Positions 60,255 through 64,000 of a stretch of 64,000 bases of DNA are shown piece after piece (the first letter of the stretch is position 1; each line of letters opens with the position of its first letter). The position numbers and the translations under genes are program-made. This DNA comes from Cyanobacteria bacterium auto_48_18 (lineage in GTDB: Bacteria; Cyanobacteriota; Vampirovibrionia; Obscuribacterales; Obscuribacteraceae). The DNA is taken from the NCBI GenBank assembly GCA_036170915.1, contig JAVHQC010000010.1, forward strand, positions 169,423 to 233,422, given 5' to 3'. Under the pieces are notes generated by a model that saw nothing but the letters and a program-made list of their open reading frames with translations, was not told where the DNA came from and made no database searches.

Positions 60255-60581
60255 TCAGGATAGGTCATCTTTTATTGATGCGATATCGCGGGAAGTGTGC
60301 CACACTCTCAGGATTTCCACTTTGTTGACGTTAATGCGATAGTAAATTGCATACTTGCCGGAAGTAACGGAGCGCACACCAGGCACAATTTCCTCCCTAG
60401 CTCTGCCTGCTCTGGGCATATGCGCCAGATCTTCGCAGCGGGCCACAATCTGGTCTATGAGCGTCTCGGCGGTGCTGAAATCAGCTTCCTCAGCTATATA
60501 GGCCTCAATTAGATCAAGGTTCTTTTCGGCATCAGGAGATAATTCTATTTCTAGTTTTTGTTGTTTTTCGGTATCTGACAT
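60255..60581 (-). CDS. parE: ParE/RelE-family toxin, convergent with parD
   Basis: LSPDAEKNLDLI..YIA, MPRAGRAREE, YAIYYR, VEILRVWHTSRD. Confidence 0.9.
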   Translation of the reverse strand: MSDTEKQQKLEIELSPDAEKNLDLIEAYIAEEADFSTAETLIDQIVARCEDLAHMPRAGRAREEIVPGVRSVTSGKYAIYYRINVNKVEILRVWHTSRDIASIKDDLS

Positions 60582-60722
60582 TTTCTAATCCAGTTGAGGT
60601 TGAGGCAGAGAGCAGTAGCTGCCAGGCTCAAGCATCTGAATGTCATACATTGCCAAGATCGCAGGACTGCCTTGTCGAGAAAGCAACCGCATTGGCATTG
60701 ATAAAACATTCGTTTCAATTAA

Positions 60723-60751
60723 AGACGTAATACGCGGAATTAAAGTTCAAA
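60723..60751 (-). promoter_or_regulatory. Recurrent motif copy 4, upstream of parE
   Basis: AGACG-taatacgcgga-ATTAAAGTTCAAA. Confidence 0.7.
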
Positions 60752-60790
60752 TGGTCGCATTAGGCACAGATCGTCACTTAGCGTGGCCAT

Positions 60791-60896
60791 CGCCGCACAA
60801 CGAAGCTACACAAGCCAGATTTCTCAAAAGACTTGAAGCCAACGTCGACCTGCGCAAGCCATCAGATAACCGCAGAAGAAGATATTTTTTCATGCT
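60791..60896 (+). pseudogene. Fragment of the N-terminal region of the WG-repeat gene
   Basis: Matches 61736-61843 (QARFLKRLEANVDLR.PSDNRRR). Confidence 0.85.
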
Positions 60897-61028
60897 CGCT
60901 GACCGGCTGGAAATCTTGCGAATATGCAAGCCTAAGAGCATTATTAGAAATAGCGTTAACCGGCTTTCCTAGGGTAATTACGTTGACTAACCGCTGCTGT
61001 CTCTTATACTGAAACAACCCTATGCCGG

Positions 61029-61628
61029 TTGTCCCAGATGCACATCGCAGCAATTCTTCAACAGAGAACTCATATCTCTTGCAAGACGCTTTTGTCTGCG
61101 ACATTTAAATGCGTGCTTCTTCTCAATGGCTTAGCCTTAGTCGTTGAAAATCAGCCGAATCCAACTTTCTATAGCAAAGATCCTAAGATTGCCCAAGCCG
61201 AAAATGCGAAAGCTGTGGTGGAAGGCCGGTTGCTATACAACACCTTTATGCAACAGGTCCATGAGCCTGCCTATGCAACATCCATTCAGTTCGTAATTAG
61301 CAATTATGAAAGTCGGCCTTTGCAGATTGCAACCAACGAATCAACCTCGTCGATTAAATTTAAATACGACCGCGATTACAAACTTGTGGTGTTTCCAGTC
61401 AGTGACAGTGGGCATTCCAGATTTAAAGAAGCCTTGAAAAACGCTCACATCAGCACTTCGAGAGTACTTTGGGGCGCGGAAAGGCGTTGTCCCCTTCCGC
61501 TAGAAATCGGAGAAGGCGTCTACAACTTTCTATCCCTCCTTTACACAATTCTTCCACCATTAGGATTTATTGCCATATTCTGGCAACTGATTCGTTTTGA
61601 AAATTTTGCCAGCACTCGGTTCAAGTAA
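61029..61628 (+). CDS. Hypothetical membrane protein (start uncertain)
   Basis: C-terminal TM helix; loosely resembles an FtsH extracellular region (LLYNTFMQQV). Confidence 0.5.
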   Translation: MSQMHIAAILQQRTHISCKTLLSATFKCVLLLNGLALVVENQPNPTFYSKDPKIAQAENAKAVVEGRLLYNTFMQQVHEPAYATSIQFVISNYESRPLQIATNESTSSIKFKYDRDYKLVVFPVSDSGHSRFKEALKNAHISTSRVLWGAERRCPLPLEIGEGVYNFLSLLYTILPPLGFIAIFWQLIRFENFASTRFK

Positions 61629-61661
61629 CCAATGGAGCATGTGCCGACTTACCTCCAACAA

Positions 61662-62327
61662 ATGCATAAGCTCACAAACTCTCTGCTCACATTGGCACTG
61701 CTCGCAATAACTTTCACGACTGCAACGCCAACTCTCGCCGCCGAAGACGAAGCAATACAAGCCAGATTTCTCAAAAGACTTGAGGCCAACGTCGACCTGC
61801 GCAGGCCATCAGACAACCGCAGGCGAGAATATATTTTCATGCTTGATCAATCAGGGCGCGAAGTCGCCAAACTCGATTACGAATCGGTCAGACCGTTTTC
61901 GAACGGCATGGCGGCGGTGGCTCCCGGGCGAGAGTCTTATATCGGTTACATCGACGTACAGGCCCGGCTCATAATCCCTCCCAAGTTCTTACCGGCCGCC
62001 CAATTTTCAGAAGAGCTGGCATGGGTGTGCCCAGCTGCCAAAGTCAAAGGGTTCATCGACCTCTCCGGAAAGCAAATAATCGCCGACAAAAACTTCTTCG
62101 GCGCCAAATCATTTTCAGAAGGCCTGGCGCCGGTGCGTGCGCGAACGGCCGAATATCAGAAAGATAACGGTCGCACCGAAGGCGAGAACATGCCACCTCG
62201 ATACGATGATGCCAACGAATTTCACCAGGGCCTGGCCCGTAAAGCTCGGCAAAGAATGGTTTTTCATTGACAAGCAAGGAACAGCCACAAGCGAAAAATA
62301 CAAAGCAGTCGGCGCGTTCTCAGAAGG
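61662..62327 (+). pseudogene. Secreted WG-repeat gene, degenerate (internal deletion, frameshift, 3' truncation)
   Basis: FSNGMAAV, GYID, FSEGLAPV repeats; lacks GKWKYIDKSGKTVIA present at ~41280; frameshift near 62237. Confidence 0.8.
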
Positions 62328-62634
62328 CGCGTTTACTGTTATGAACTTTACCATCAACTTAGAACTATCTGGCCGAGAATTATTTTCAGCCAAAATGGAG
62401 AAGTTGATAAACAAGGTAATACCAACTTCCCGAAAGGAAAGAAGCCCTATTTTTTAATTCATGAATCTGGCACTGGAAACAATCATGCTGTACTTGAAGT
62501 TAAATCCGCAAAAGGTAGCAGGCAAGGAGTAAAAAAAAGACATTGAAACTCTTCGCGATTTTCAAATTTGCGGTTACAAAAAGGCTATCTATCTTATCTT
62601 CTCAGAACAATTCTCGATAGAGAAAAGTAATTGA
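62328..62634 (+). pseudogene. Truncated, frameshifted PD-(D/E)xK-like gene
   Basis: My translation RVYCYELYHQLR..GEVDK..PYFLIH..AVLEVK..KK/DIETL..AIYLIF; frame shifts in an A9 run. Confidence 0.55.
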
Positions 62635-62843
62635 CAGAAAAACTGATAAGCCGGGAACGTGAAATCCATAGTACCCTAAGGTTTCGAAAGAAGGTTTGAT
62701 AATGACTGCTAATGCTGGTTCAAAATAACGTGGTGTCAAAAAGCGTGCGCGATTCGTTAGTTAGCTGACCTGCTCCCCGAAAGTTGACCCGTTGCAAAGG
62801 TGACAACTGCATTTAAAATTGAACCTAGAAAGGGGAGAAGTAA

Positions 62844-63110
62844 ATGCGTAAAAGCAAACACACAGAAGAACAGATCGTGGCAATCCTCAAAGAGATTGAA
62901 AATGGCGGCACCGTTTTAGAAGTCTCTCGAAAGCACAATCTGCAGCCACAATCCATCTATCGATGGAAAGAGAAATACGGTGGCATGCAAGGCTCCGACG
63001 TCAAAAAGTTGAAGGCTTTGGAAGATGAGAATGCCCGCCTGAAGAGGATGGTGGCAAACATGGCACTGGAAAACGAAGCCATGAAGGATCTGATTCAAAA
63101 AAAGTTCTAA
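62844..63110 (+). CDS. IS3 transposase OrfA
   Basis: [36 protein letters not shown]. Confidence 0.95.
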   Translation: MRKSKHTEEQIVAILKEIENGGTVLEVSRKHNLQPQSIYRWKEKYGGMQGSDVKKLKALEDENARLKRMVANMALENEAMKDLIQKKF

Positions 63111-63976
63111 CGCCGAACGAGAAAAGAGAACTGGTTTGCCATCTCGTTCAGTTCGGCATCAGTAAACGCAAGGCTTGCGAGCTAGTTGGCTTGCCCCGCT
63201 CAACTGAGCGGTACAAGCACAAGCGCGTCCCTGACGCGGCCTTGGCCGAGAAGATCAAAACAATCGCAGGCGAGAGGCCAAGGTTTGGCTACAGACGAAT
63301 TTGCGTCCTGGTCAACTCTGGCACCGAGGTGGTTAATCACAAAAGGGTTTACCGCATTTACAGAGAGCAGAATTTGGCAGTTCGCAAGCGTGGCAGGCGC
63401 AAGTACTTCTGGGGGCGCAAAACTCCCAAGGAGCAGCCTCTAACACCGAATACGAGATGGTCGATGGACTTCACCAGCGACACACTTTCGCATGGAGGAA
63501 AATTCAGAACATTGAATATCATCGACGACTGCACGCGTGAATGCCTTGAAATCGAGGTTTCTCGCAGCCTTCCAAGTGCGGCGGTTATTGCTGTTCTTGA
63601 GCGTCTTGAATGGTGTCGTGGCCTACCGAAGGAGATTGTCGTTGATAACGGTCCAGAATTCACGAGCAAGAAGATGATCAAATGGGCCTGCAACAAAGGT
63701 GTCAACCTTCACTACATCGACCCAGGCAAACCCATCCAGAACGCTTTCGTTGAGTCATTCAACGGCAGATTCCGCGATGAGTGCCTCAATCAATACTGGT
63801 TCACCAGCCTGCCTGATGCAAACGAAATAATTGCTGCATGGAAGGTGGACTACAACGAAAACCGCCCACACAGCTCACTAGGCAATCTGACACCAGAACA
63901 ATTTAGACAAGAAGCAGAACTAAAAATTCAAAATCAAGGAGAGAAAGAAGACGGTCCCCGAAATTTAGACCACTAG
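63098..63976 (+). CDS. IS3 transposase OrfB (DDE), reached by -1 frameshift
   Basis: [45 protein letters not shown]. Confidence 0.95.
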   Translation, partial: KKVLTPNEKRELVCHLVQFGISKRKACELVGLPRSTERYKHKRVPDAALAEKIKTIAGERPRFGYRRICVLVNSGTEVVNHKRVYRIYREQNLAVRKRGRRKYFWGRKTPKEQPLTPNTRWSMDFTSDTLSHGGKFRTLNIIDDCTRECLEIEVSRSLPSAAVIAVLERLEWCRGLPKEIVVDNGPEFTSKKMIKWACNKGVNLHYIDPGKPIQNAFVESFNGRFRDECLNQYWFTSLPDANEIIAAWKVDYNENRPHSSLGNLTPEQFRQEAELKIQNQGEKEDGPRNLDH

Positions 63977-64000
63977 CTAAGAGACATCTTTGCTTCTAAA

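Larger units (their letters stand above)
62766..64000 (+). mobile_element. IS3-family insertion sequence (IS407-like); right end outside the window
   Basis: Left end TGACCTGCTCCCC; orfA/orfB; A7G -1 slippery site at 63097-63104. Confidence 0.92.

Noticed and set aside
12019..60751. Four-copy motif as XerCD dif/pdif sites or integron attC sites
   Set aside because: No 11-6-11 inverted-arm layout, only weak similarity to TTATGTTAAAT, and no RYYYAAC...GTTRRRY hairpin; a different recombinase is not excluded
110..63705. Many short antisense or overlapping ORFs in the track (e.g. 2969..3532, 33474..34022, 63358..63705)
   Set aside because: Shadows of longer motif-bearing genes, with no independent motifs

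Overview
Bacterial accessory region at roughly 45-47% GC (estimated by eye). The protein repertoire (many TPR, LRR, WG-repeat and zinc-ribbon proteins, a Hanks kinase) suggests Vampirovibrionia/Melainabacteria; this is an inference only. The first ~22 kb is fairly ordinary: an RND efflux pair, enzymes, stress proteins, and one intact higBA. From ~22 kb on it is a heavily rearranged toxin-antitoxin (TA) and defence island: type I Wadjet (jetABCD), an Abi_2/AbiF-like HEPN gene with a structured leader, an HTH-ImmA/IrrE + PIN pair, a nucleotidyltransferase pair, parD x2 with a convergent parE, several orphan or chimeric antitoxins, two zinc-ribbon repeat genes, and an IS3-family element at the right edge. 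Two patterns stand out. (1) A fixed-spacing motif, TTTGAACTTTAAT-N11-CGTCT on the minus strand, occurs four times, each 108-142 bp upstream of an unrelated TA-type gene; it may be an ECF-sigma stress promoter or a recombination/binding site. (2) Cargo genes repeatedly sit inside, or between, broken pieces of one WG-repeat gene family. No rRNA, tRNA or CRISPR array was seen. Family assignments come from motif recognition, not database searches.
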